Source: Candidatus Geohabitans tengchongensis
GTDB lineage: Bacteria > Sysuimicrobiota > Sysuimicrobiia > Sysuimicrobiales > Humicultoraceae
DNA length: 64,000 nucleotides
Direction: 5' to 3'
Assembly (NCBI GenBank): GCA_031459625.1
Contig: JAVKIH010000010.1
Span: 21,347-85,346 of the forward strand
Of this stretch, positions 19,399-26,815 are shown in pieces (position 1 is the first letter of the stretch; each line of letters starts with the position of its first letter). Below the pieces are notes generated by a model, which saw only the letters and a program-made list of their open reading frames with translations, did no database searches and was not told the origin of the DNA. The position numbers and the translations under genes were made by a program.

Positions 19399-19983
19399 AT
19401 GGGCACCCGCGTCCACCTCGCCGTGAACGGCGCCCTCCTGCGGGAGGGGCTGGCCGCCCTCCTGCGCGACCTCGGGTGCGAGCCGGTCGGGGACCCGGAG
19501 GCCGCCGACGTCGTCCTGACCGCGGTCGGGGTCCCCGGGGAGGAGGGACTCGACTACCTGCGGGAGGCCGACCACCCGCGCGTCCTGGCGGTCGGCGGCG
19601 GAGTGCAGGTGCTGCTCGCCGCCCTGCAGCTGGGCGCGCGGGGGTGCCTGCCGCTCAGCGCCCAGCCCCAGGAGATGGCCCAGGCGGTAGCGGCCGTGAC
19701 CCGGGGGGAGGCCTACATCCATCCCTCCCTGGCCGAGGCGGTCCTGGCCAACTACCGGCAGCGCGTGGACGGGCGGGAAGCGCCCGCCGTGCTGACGCCG
19801 CGGGAGCGCGAGGTGCTGGTGCTGCTGGCGGAGGGGTACACCAACCGGGCCATCGCCGAGCGACTCCACCTGAGCGTGCGCACGGTGGAGAGCCACCGCG
19901 CCAGCATCATGGCCAAGCTGGACGCCGACAGCCTGGCCGACCTGATCTTCGCCGCCATCCGCATGGGCCTGATCACGCCCTGA
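19399..19983 (+). CDS. NarL/LuxR family regulator with degenerate receiver domain
   Basis: LTPREREVL...IAERLHLSVRTVESHRASIMAKL; receiver has DVVLTA in place of DVVLxD. Confidence 0.88.
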   Translation: MGTRVHLAVNGALLREGLAALLRDLGCEPVGDPEAADVVLTAVGVPGEEGLDYLREADHPRVLAVGGGVQVLLAALQLGARGCLPLSAQPQEMAQAVAAVTRGEAYIHPSLAEAVLANYRQRVDGREAPAVLTPREREVLVLLAEGYTNRAIAERLHLSVRTVESHRASIMAKLDADSLADLIFAAIRMGLITP

Positions 19984-19989
19984 GGTTCC

Positions 19990-20005
19990 TCCGTAGAACT
20001 ACGGA
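19990..20005. promoter_or_regulatory. 7-2-7 inverted repeat TCCGTAG-AA-CTACGGA, candidate NarL-family operator
   Basis: Perfect inverted heptamers just after the regulator. Confidence 0.5.
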
Positions 20006-20156
20006 CGCTCCCCCTCGGGTCTCCGCCCGATGAAAATCGGCGCCGGTCCCGATGCGGCGCGACGATGCGGCCCCCTACCGTACCCCTGGACCCGCAGGGT
20101 TCGCACGGCGCTGGCCCACCCGACCTGCGTGCACCCGGCGGGCAGGAGGGACGGAG

Positions 20157-20432
20157 ATGCTGGAGAGCCGGGAGCACCGCCGCGTCCTGCAGCGCCACCG
20201 CCGCACCACCGGCGCGCACCTGGAGGCGCACCGGGAGGCGCTGGCGGAGGTCCGGCGCGCCCTGCGCCACTCCCGCACCGTGCGGGCGCCGCGCGGTCAC
20301 CGCGAGGCCCTGGAGGAGGCGCGCGAGCGCATGGCCCGGGCACGCAGCGAGCACAAGGCCGCCCTGGAGCAGAACCGCTGGCTGCTGGCGCTGCTCGAGC
20401 GGCTGGCCCCCGAGCCGGGCGACCGCTCCTGA
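20157..20432 (+). CDS. Small His/Arg-rich helical hypothetical protein (91 aa)
   Basis: AGGAGG SD then ATG; host-like codon usage; coiled-coil-like pattern. Confidence 0.7.
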   Translation: MLESREHRRVLQRHRRTTGAHLEAHREALAEVRRALRHSRTVRAPRGHREALEEARERMARARSEHKAALEQNRWLLALLERLAPEPGDRS

Positions 20433-20507
20433 GGGCTCTCCCCCCGACGGCCCCGCGGGTGGTGCGGTCGCGCCGGCCGCCCGCGGGCGCCGCGGTATCA
20501 TGAAGGT

Positions 20508-21404
20508 GTGCAGGCCATCGAGGCGCTGCGCGCCTTCTTCGCTCAGGAGCCCGACGTCGCCGCCGTCTACCTGTACGGGAGCTACGCGGGCGACCGCTCC
20601 TACCCCGACACCGACATCGAGATCGCGCTGCTCTTCCCCGAGGAGACGGACGAGGAGGCCATCCGCGACTACATGGACCGGCTGGCCGGCGCCGCCCCGC
20701 TCGGTGGGGAGCCCGGGATCCTGCTCCCCTTTGCCCTCAACACCCACATCCCGCCGGTGATCTACGAGATCCTGCACGGCGGCACGCTCCTGGTGGAGAA
20801 CCAGCCGGAAGCCCGGGCCGCGGCCGTGCGCGCGCTGGAGGCCCGGGTCGAAGGGGAGCGGGCCAGCCTGCTGGAGGACGCCAAGGAAGCGATCCTGCAG
20901 GCCCGCTCGCTCGGGCTGGCCGTGGCGGCGCTGGACGGGTTCGTCCTGCCCCAGCCGCCGCGCTACCTCGACCCGATCCGCGTGGGATGGCGCCTGGCCC
21001 GCGTGCTCGGCTCGGCGGCCGTGCTCGACCAGGCCCTGCGCGACGTCGACCGCCTCCTGCGGGAGCAGGAGCGGCTGGCCCAGGCCGCGGGCTGGTACAG
21101 CAACGCGGTGGGCGCGGCGACCGGCATCGCCAAGGCCATGCTCAACATGTTCGCCATGCCGCGACCGCCCCGGCGGTGGCAGGTCTTCCTGCCGCTGGCC
21201 GACGGCGGTCTCATCTCCACCGAGCTCGCCCTGCAGCTGGGGGCCGCCGTGGAGCTGCGCTGGTCCCTGATGACCGGCGGGGCCGTGGCCGCCGAGCGCG
21301 TCGTGGGGGGGATCCGCAGCGCGCTGCCGCCCGTCGTCGCCTTCGCCCGGCTGGCCGCCTGGTACGCCGAGGTGCCCGGCGGGCGGGCGCAACCCGTCCA
21401 TTGA
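20508..21404 (+). CDS. Minimal nucleotidyltransferase domain fused to HEPN/DUF86-like domain
   Basis: AVYLYGSYA...DTDIEIALL; C-terminal FLPLADGGLISTELA...VELRWSL resembles DUF86. Confidence 0.65.
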   Translation: MQAIEALRAFFAQEPDVAAVYLYGSYAGDRSYPDTDIEIALLFPEETDEEAIRDYMDRLAGAAPLGGEPGILLPFALNTHIPPVIYEILHGGTLLVENQPEARAAAVRALEARVEGERASLLEDAKEAILQARSLGLAVAALDGFVLPQPPRYLDPIRVGWRLARVLGSAAVLDQALRDVDRLLREQERLAQAAGWYSNAVGAATGIAKAMLNMFAMPRPPRRWQVFLPLADGGLISTELALQLGAAVELRWSLMTGGAVAAERVVGGIRSALPPVVAFARLAAWYAEVPGGRAQPVH

Positions 21405-21471
21405 GCTGCGGGCGCCACAGCCCGCGCACTGACCTGCATGGTGCCGCAGGAGCCGTGACCGGAGGGACGCC

Positions 21472-21741
21472 ATGGACCCGGTGACCGTGGACGTGCAGCC
21501 GACGCCCAACGTGAACGCGCTGAAGTTCGTGGTGAACCGCCGCCTCACCGAGGGGCGCAGCCGTACCTTCCGCGCGGCCGCGGAGGCGGCGGACGTGCCG
21601 GTGGCCCAGCGCCTCCTCGCCATCCCCGGCGTGGTGCAGGTCTTCCTGCTGAACGACTTCATCACGGTGACGCGGGACCCGTCCGCCGACTGGAACGCCA
21701 TCATCCCGCAGGTGGAGGCGGTGCTGCGCGAGATGCTGTAG
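21472..21741 (+). CDS. Nfu/NifU N-terminal scaffold domain protein
   Basis: PTPNVNALKF, IPGVVQVF, DFITVT, W motif; GGAGG SD. Confidence 0.85.
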   Translation: MDPVTVDVQPTPNVNALKFVVNRRLTEGRSRTFRAAAEAADVPVAQRLLAIPGVVQVFLLNDFITVTRDPSADWNAIIPQVEAVLREML

Positions 21742-21785
21742 GTGCCGCGCGCTCAGCGCACCGCACAGGGAGGCCGCCCCCACGA

Positions 21786-23243
21786 TCACCTGAGCACCGG
21801 ATGACCGACACCGGGCGGAGGGTGGCCGGTCGTCGCCACGGCGTCGGCTGCCGGGTGCCTCCGGTGGAGCGACCAGCTCGGTCCGGGCCGAGTTCCGTTC
21901 GGCTCCTCCGCGCTGCCCTCCGTGCCATCCCGGCGCACGGTCGACCACCTCTGCGCCAGGCCCGCCACTTGGGCCTCGTACCCGTTGTGCGCCCGGCAGC
22001 GCAGCTCGAGGTTCGCGACGGTCGACCGCCCCCCTCGAGCCACGGGCTGGAGGTGGTGGAACTCCAGGAAGGCGGTCTCGCTGCACCGACGCCCATCCGG
22101 CGCGACGAAGGCGCACCGCCCGCCGTCCCGCACCCAGACCGTTCGCCTCACCGACGCCGGGATGGACCGGACCGGTGCGGCCGGCCGCTTGGCCGGTGCG
22201 GTCGGTCGCTTGGCCGGTGCGGTCGGTCGCTTGGCCGGTGCGGTCGGCCGCGCGCCCACAGACCGCGCTCCCGCCTCGCGCGCCGGGCCCGGCTCTCGTG
22301 GCCGGGCGGCGGCCCCGGTCCGGCGGCGGGCGACCTGCTGGAGGAGGGCGGTGAGGGCCCGGTCGATGACCTGCGCGAGGTCGCCGTCGGGGATCTGGTG
22401 GCGCAGCAGGTCCTGGGCCTGCCGCAGCTTGGCCACCGTGGCGGCGCTGGCGGTGAACTGGACTTTGTAGCGCCCGGGGGCGAGCGGCTGGACGAGCGGC
22501 CGGTGGGACGGACGGGGGGAGGTGGTGGATTGCGGGTGCTCACGCTGCGGCTTGAGGATGCCAGTCGTGGCTGCGCCGGAGGCATCCGCGCTGTCAGCGC
22601 CGGAGGGTTGGCCCCTCTGTGTGGTCGCCTCGGCGGGCCCCGGCGTCTGAAGGGGCGGCGCCGCTCCCAGGGACGTCCCCGAGGCTATTGACCGTGGCGC
22701 CGGCAGTCGCCGCAGGACCGTGGGCACCGGTGGCTGGGGGTGGAGTGTCGCCACCAGCGCTTCCACCTCCCGCTTCGACCGGCCGGCGGCCGCGCGTAGG
22801 ACCGCCTGGTGGTTGGCCGGGGTGAGGTGAGGAGCGAGGAGGGTGACCGTGGTAAGGGTGAGGGCGCCGCTGGCCAGGAGGTCGAGGAGGAGGGGGAAGC
22901 GGTGGGCGGCGCGGGCGGCCTGGATGCGGTGGTAGGCGGCGTGCTCGGAGAGGCGGAGGACCTCGGTGCAGTAGGTGAAGAGGGAGGCGCACCCGCGGGC
23001 CAGGTAGAGGCGGCGGGCGTCGAGCTCGGCGAGGTGGGCAACGAGGGCGGTGGTGGCCTCGCGCTCGCGGGCCGCGAGGGCCGAGACCTGCTCCAGCAGA
23101 TCCGTGTCGGAGAGCCGCGCCACCGCGTCGAGCATGGCCGCAGCAGAGAACCGTACGCCCGTGGAGCGCTGCCCGGCGGCATCGAGCGGCGCGGCGTGTC
23201 TGGCGTGTGTGGCGTGCGTGGAAGCGTTCAGGCTCGTGCTCAT
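21786..23243 (-). CDS. HNH endonuclease with long helical N-terminal (DUF222/13E12-like) region and putative RHH
   Basis: RDGGRC...RC...LEFHH...GG...NLELRCRAHN; start uncertain (23243 or a downstream ATG). Confidence 0.85.
   Translation of the reverse strand: MSTSLNASTHATHARHAAPLDAAGQRSTGVRFSAAAMLDAVARLSDTDLLEQVSALAAREREATTALVAHLAELDARRLYLARGCASLFTYCTEVLRLSEHAAYHRIQAARAAHRFPLLLDLLASGALTLTTVTLLAPHLTPANHQAVLRAAAGRSKREVEALVATLHPQPPVPTVLRRLPAPRSIASGTSLGAAPPLQTPGPAEATTQRGQPSGADSADASGAATTGILKPQREHPQSTTSPRPSHRPLVQPLAPGRYKVQFTASAATVAKLRQAQDLLRHQIPDGDLAQVIDRALTALLQQVARRRTGAAARPREPGPAREAGARSVGARPTAPAKRPTAPAKRPTAPAKRPAAPVRSIPASVRRTVWVRDGGRCAFVAPDGRRCSETAFLEFHHLQPVARGGRSTVANLELRCRAHNGYEAQVAGLAQRWSTVRRDGTEGSAEEPNGTRPGPSWSLHRRHPAADAVATTGHPPPGVGHPVLR
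21875..21894. repeat. 20-bp palindrome AGCTCGGTCCGGGCCGAGTT (copy 1, in HNH 3' end)
   Basis: Reverse complement matches 23674-23693 at 19/20. Confidence 0.8.
22174..22250 (-). repeat. 21-bp in-frame tandem repeat encoding (RPTAPAK)x3
   Basis: GCTTGGCCGGTGCGGTCGGTC repeated. Confidence 0.9.
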
Positions 23244-23526
23244 GGCTCAGAGATAACACGGGTGTGGGGAGCCCTCCGGAAGGCCGCGAGGAGGGCGCAA
23301 CTCGGTCGGCCCGCTGCCGAAGGCCCGCCGCGTCGCGCAGCCGCCCCTGCGCCGAATGGACGCGCTCCAGGGGCATCCTGGCGGTGCGCGTCGTGCGTCG
23401 CTGGATGTGCACAAATTTCCCTGTCAAGTCGACAAATCGAGCGACAGAAAAGTTTCCCCGGCTGCCGACGAAAATAATTTAGCCCCGGCCGCCGATATCT
23501 CGCTGCTAGATCTCACTGGACTCGCC

Positions 23527-23650
23527 GGGCCATCACGCGCCACACATCCCAGGGCCTGTCGCACGCCACACATCCCGGGGCCCGTCGCACGTCACACATC
23601 CCAAGGACCATCGCGCGCTGCACGTCCCAAGGCCGTTGCGCGCCGCGCAG
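23527..23650. repeat. Tandem array of about five 25-26 bp units (GGGCCyGTCGCACGCCACACATCCCA-like)
   Basis: Units start 23527, 23552, 23578, 23604, 23630; degenerate to the right. Confidence 0.85.
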
Positions 23651-23673
23651 GTGACTCGACGCGCACCAGGAGC

Positions 23674-23735
23674 AACTCGGCCCGGGCCGAGCTCAACCTG
23701 AGCGCGAGGAGGCACAACTCGACCCGACCCGAGTT
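23674..23735. repeat. Palindrome copies 2 and 3 (AACTCGGCCCGGGCCGAGCT; AACTCGACCCGACCCGAGTT)
   Basis: 23674-23693 and 23716-23735, 42 bp period. Confidence 0.8.
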
Positions 23736-23912
23736 CATCCCGATCCCTCGCCGACGAGATTCGCCGTCTGATGGCGCGGCGGGCTCATGGCACCGGACCG
23801 CCTCGCGGCAGATCAGGGCACCCGGCACCCAGAGCCGTCCTGCATTCCGGTAAAAGACCACGAGGACCACGGGGAAGAGCCCGATCGTCTGCGGGTTTGG
23901 CTGCCGTCCGGG

Positions 23913-24785
23913 CTACACCGCGATCCCCATGGCGCGCAGCATGGCCCGGTCGGGCGGCACCGGGCCGCCCACGCTCCGCAGCCCCTGCGCGCCGGCTTCG
24001 ACGATGTGCCGCACCCCCGGCGGCACCACCAGGGCACAGCCGGGGGCGAGCGGCAGCCGGGTGCCGTCGTCGAGGTCGTACGCCCACCCGGTGCCCTCCA
24101 GGACGAAGAGGCTGTCCTCGGAGGCGTCGTGGACGTGCGGGACGTTGCGCTCGCCCGCCGCCAGCTCCACCAGGTTCATCACCGCGCGCTCGGCCCCCAT
24201 GTGAGGGCTGACGACGAGCCAGGAGCGGCGGGCGATCATTGGCATCGGCACGCCGTCATGCTGCGGGTCCAGCACGCGGACGCCGGGGGCCGCCGGGGAG
24301 CGGGCGGGCCGTGCGCCGGTCGGGGAGGCCGCAGCCTCGCCGCGGGACGGGGAGGCCGCAGCCCCGCCGCGGGTGGTGGGGTGGGTGGGGCGCCCCCGCA
24401 GGGGCGCATGCTCCCCGGCCGGCAGAGGCAAGTCGCCGAGCAGCGCGGGGTCGGGCGGGCAGGGCCCGCCGACGAAGACGGCCGGGCCCCACAGCCGGTA
24501 GCCCTGGCCCGCGGCCAGGTAGATCATGCGGCCGCCACCGAGCGGCGTGCGCACGCCGTGGTCCAGGTCCTCGACCGCACCCTGGCCCGAGGCGACGTAG
24601 TAGACCGCCTCCATCGGGTGGCGCAGCGGGGCGGCGGCCGTCCCGGGGGGCAGCTCCAGGTAGATGAGCCCGCGCTCCCGCGCCCCCATGGCGGGGTGGA
24701 GGACGGCGCGGGCCCGCCCGCCGTCCGGGGTGATGGGCAGGTCGATGGCGTCCGTCTCCAGGCGGCTGACCCGCACGCCAGCCAT
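23913..24785 (-). CDS. Two-domain cupin protein with Pro/Ala linker
   Basis: LRHPMEAVYYV and PHVHDASED...VPPGVRH; ATG overlaps cyclase stop. Confidence 0.8.
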   Translation of the reverse strand: MAGVRVSRLETDAIDLPITPDGGRARAVLHPAMGARERGLIYLELPPGTAAAPLRHPMEAVYYVASGQGAVEDLDHGVRTPLGGGRMIYLAAGQGYRLWGPAVFVGGPCPPDPALLGDLPLPAGEHAPLRGRPTHPTTRGGAAASPSRGEAAASPTGARPARSPAAPGVRVLDPQHDGVPMPMIARRSWLVVSPHMGAERAVMNLVELAAGERNVPHVHDASEDSLFVLEGTGWAYDLDDGTRLPLAPGCALVVPPGVRHIVEAGAQGLRSVGGPVPPDRAMLRAMGIAV

Positions 24786-25579
24786 CAGCCGGCCTCCCCG
24801 CCTCGCCGGGCCGGTGCCGGCTCCCCCGCCTCCTCGTCCAGGAAGGCCACGATGCGGCACACCGAGGCTTCCCCGCCCACGAACTTCCAGGGGAAGGCGC
24901 CGACGGTGCAGCGCCGGTTGAGCAGCGTGGCCAGCTCCCCGCCCAGGTTCTCGGCGTGGATGACGCCGTGCCGGAAGGGCTCGTGGTGCATGCAGAAGAG
25001 GTCCGCCTCGGGGAAGCGCTCCTCCACCGACACCCCGAAGCGCCGCTCGTACTCCCGCACGAGGGCGGGGAAGCGGTAGCGGATGGAGGTGTTCATCGGG
25101 TGGTCGGCCGAGCCGCAGTCCACGCCGATCCACCGGAAGCGCATCTGGACCGCCCACGCTGCGAAGGCCCGGTCGGGACCGGGGTGGCGCGTGAAGTAGC
25201 GGGGGAGGTCTTCTTCCGGCATCCCGGCGTAGTAGCGGTGCCACCCGGTGTGCAGGATGAGGATGTCGCCCGGGCGGACCTCCACCTGGCGCATCACCAG
25301 CTCGGGCGTGTAGACGCCCCACTCCCCCACCTCGGAGACATCGGCGATGGCCGCCGGCCCGACGAGTTGCTCCAGCGGGATGGAGGCCATGTCGCCGCCG
25401 CCGGAGATCCCGTGCATCGGCGCGTCCATGTGCGTGCTGAGGTGGAGGGGCATCTCCACCATCTGGCTGACGATGCCGTGGGTGTGGTGGGTCTGGAGGT
25501 ACCACAGGCGCAGCCCCGGGTACCCCACCCACCCCGGAGAGTGGATGGAGACGGGATGGCTCAGGTCCACCACGCGCAC
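24785..25579 (-). CDS. Cyclase family (kynurenine formamidase-like) metal hydrolase
   Basis: VDLSHP, HLSTHMDAPMH, ILHTGW, GVD, HAENL. Confidence 0.9.
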   Translation of the reverse strand: MRVVDLSHPVSIHSPGWVGYPGLRLWYLQTHHTHGIVSQMVEMPLHLSTHMDAPMHGISGGGDMASIPLEQLVGPAAIADVSEVGEWGVYTPELVMRQVEVRPGDILILHTGWHRYYAGMPEEDLPRYFTRHPGPDRAFAAWAVQMRFRWIGVDCGSADHPMNTSIRYRFPALVREYERRFGVSVEERFPEADLFCMHHEPFRHGVIHAENLGGELATLLNRRCTVGAFPWKFVGGEASVCRIVAFLDEEAGEPAPARRGGEAG

Positions 25580-25672
25580 GAGCTCTCACCTCCCGGGGGC
25601 GTCCGGCCTGGGCAGGAGTGTCGCCGCCGGCGCGGAACCTGCCAGGGACGCCGACCGACCGGAGGAAGCGCG

Positions 25673-26035
25673 ATGGCCGTCCTGCGCTGGAGCGACCTGC
25701 CCCTGGAGGAGCCCTACCCGGGGATCCGCCGGCGCCGGTTCGACGGCCACGGCTTCTCGGCCGTGCTCTACCACTTCGCGCCCGGCGCGGCGTTCCCGCT
25801 CCACAGCCATCCGGAGGAGCAGCTGGTCGTCCTGCTGGAGGGCCGGGTGCGCCTGCACCAGGGCGACGACCGCCTGCTGCTCGCCCCCGGGGACGCGGCC
25901 TGGACGCCCCCCGGCGTCCCCCACGCCATCGAGGCGCTGGAGGGCCCCGCCACCCTCCTCAACCTGGTCGTCCCACGGCGCACCCGGCCGATCACCCTGC
26001 ACGGCGAGGCACCGTCGACGACCCCGGGTGCCTGA
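25673..26035 (+). CDS. Cupin domain protein
   Basis: PLHSHPEEQ...PPGVPH; GGAGG SD. Confidence 0.85.
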   Translation: MAVLRWSDLPLEEPYPGIRRRRFDGHGFSAVLYHFAPGAAFPLHSHPEEQLVVLLEGRVRLHQGDDRLLLAPGDAAWTPPGVPHAIEALEGPATLLNLVVPRRTRPITLHGEAPSTTPGA

Positions 26036-26140
26036 AGGCGTCCGGCCCCTCCGGGCGCCCCGCGGCGAGCGGAGGGTCCGTGCCCCTGCCCTTCCATGGG
26101 GAAAGAGGATTTCCCTTCATCCTGGTTTAAGTTGAATTCA

Positions 26141-26815
26141 ATGACTCTGAAGAGGCAGCCGCGCCCCCCCGCCGGGGCGGGCGTCCGGCGCCGGGTGCCG
26201 GCGCGCCCGGCCCGCCCGCGCGCGCCCGCCCGGGCCGTGCGCGCCCTGGGCGTGGCCCGGACCCTGCGGGACGTCGGGCAGCGTATCCGGGCGGTGCGCC
26301 TGGCGCGGCGGATCACCCTGGCGCACGTGGCGCGGGAGACGGGGCTGAGCGCCGGGATGCTGAGCATGGTGGAGCGCGGAGTGGTCAACCCGTCCATCGG
26401 CACGCTGGTGGCCATCGCCGACGCGCTGCAGATCCCCATGGCCGCGCTCTTCGACGCCCTGGGCGAGCCCTCGTCGAGCCCGGTGGTGCGCCGCGAGGAG
26501 CAGCCGCTCGTGCGCACCCGCCCCGGGGTGGAGCGCCGGGTGCTGGCGCGCGACGACCCCTGGGACGTGGAGCTGGCGGAGAACTGCTACGAGCCCGGCA
26601 CGGCCAGCGCCGACCACCCCATCAAGCACCGGGGCCGGGAGCTGGGGGTGGTCCTGGAGGGACGCCTCCGGGTCGAGGTGGCTGGCCGCACCTACGAGCT
26701 GCGCCCCATGGACGCCATCGCCTTCGACTCCTCGCTGCCGCACCGCTTCGTCAACCCGGGGCCGCGGCGCGCCCGCACCATCTGGGTGAACGTCCATGGC
26801 ACGCGCACTCGCTAA
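26141..26815 (+). CDS. XRE-family HTH regulator with cupin sensor domain
   Basis: GLSAGMLSMVERGVVNPSIGTL, HRGRE, FDSSLPHRFVN. Confidence 0.9.
   Translation: MTLKRQPRPPAGAGVRRRVPARPARPRAPARAVRALGVARTLRDVGQRIRAVRLARRITLAHVARETGLSAGMLSMVERGVVNPSIGTLVAIADALQIPMAALFDALGEPSSSPVVRREEQPLVRTRPGVERRVLARDDPWDVELAENCYEPGTASADHPIKHRGRELGVVLEGRLRVEVAGRTYELRPMDAIAFDSSLPHRFVNPGPRRARTIWVNVHGTRTR

Noticed and set aside
21786..23243. IscB/Cas9-like nuclease or IS transposase
   Set aside because: No recognisable RuvC, PLMP or DDE motifs; no target-site duplication identified.
23527..23735. CRISPR array
   Set aside because: Units are contiguous with no unique spacers, and no cas genes are present.
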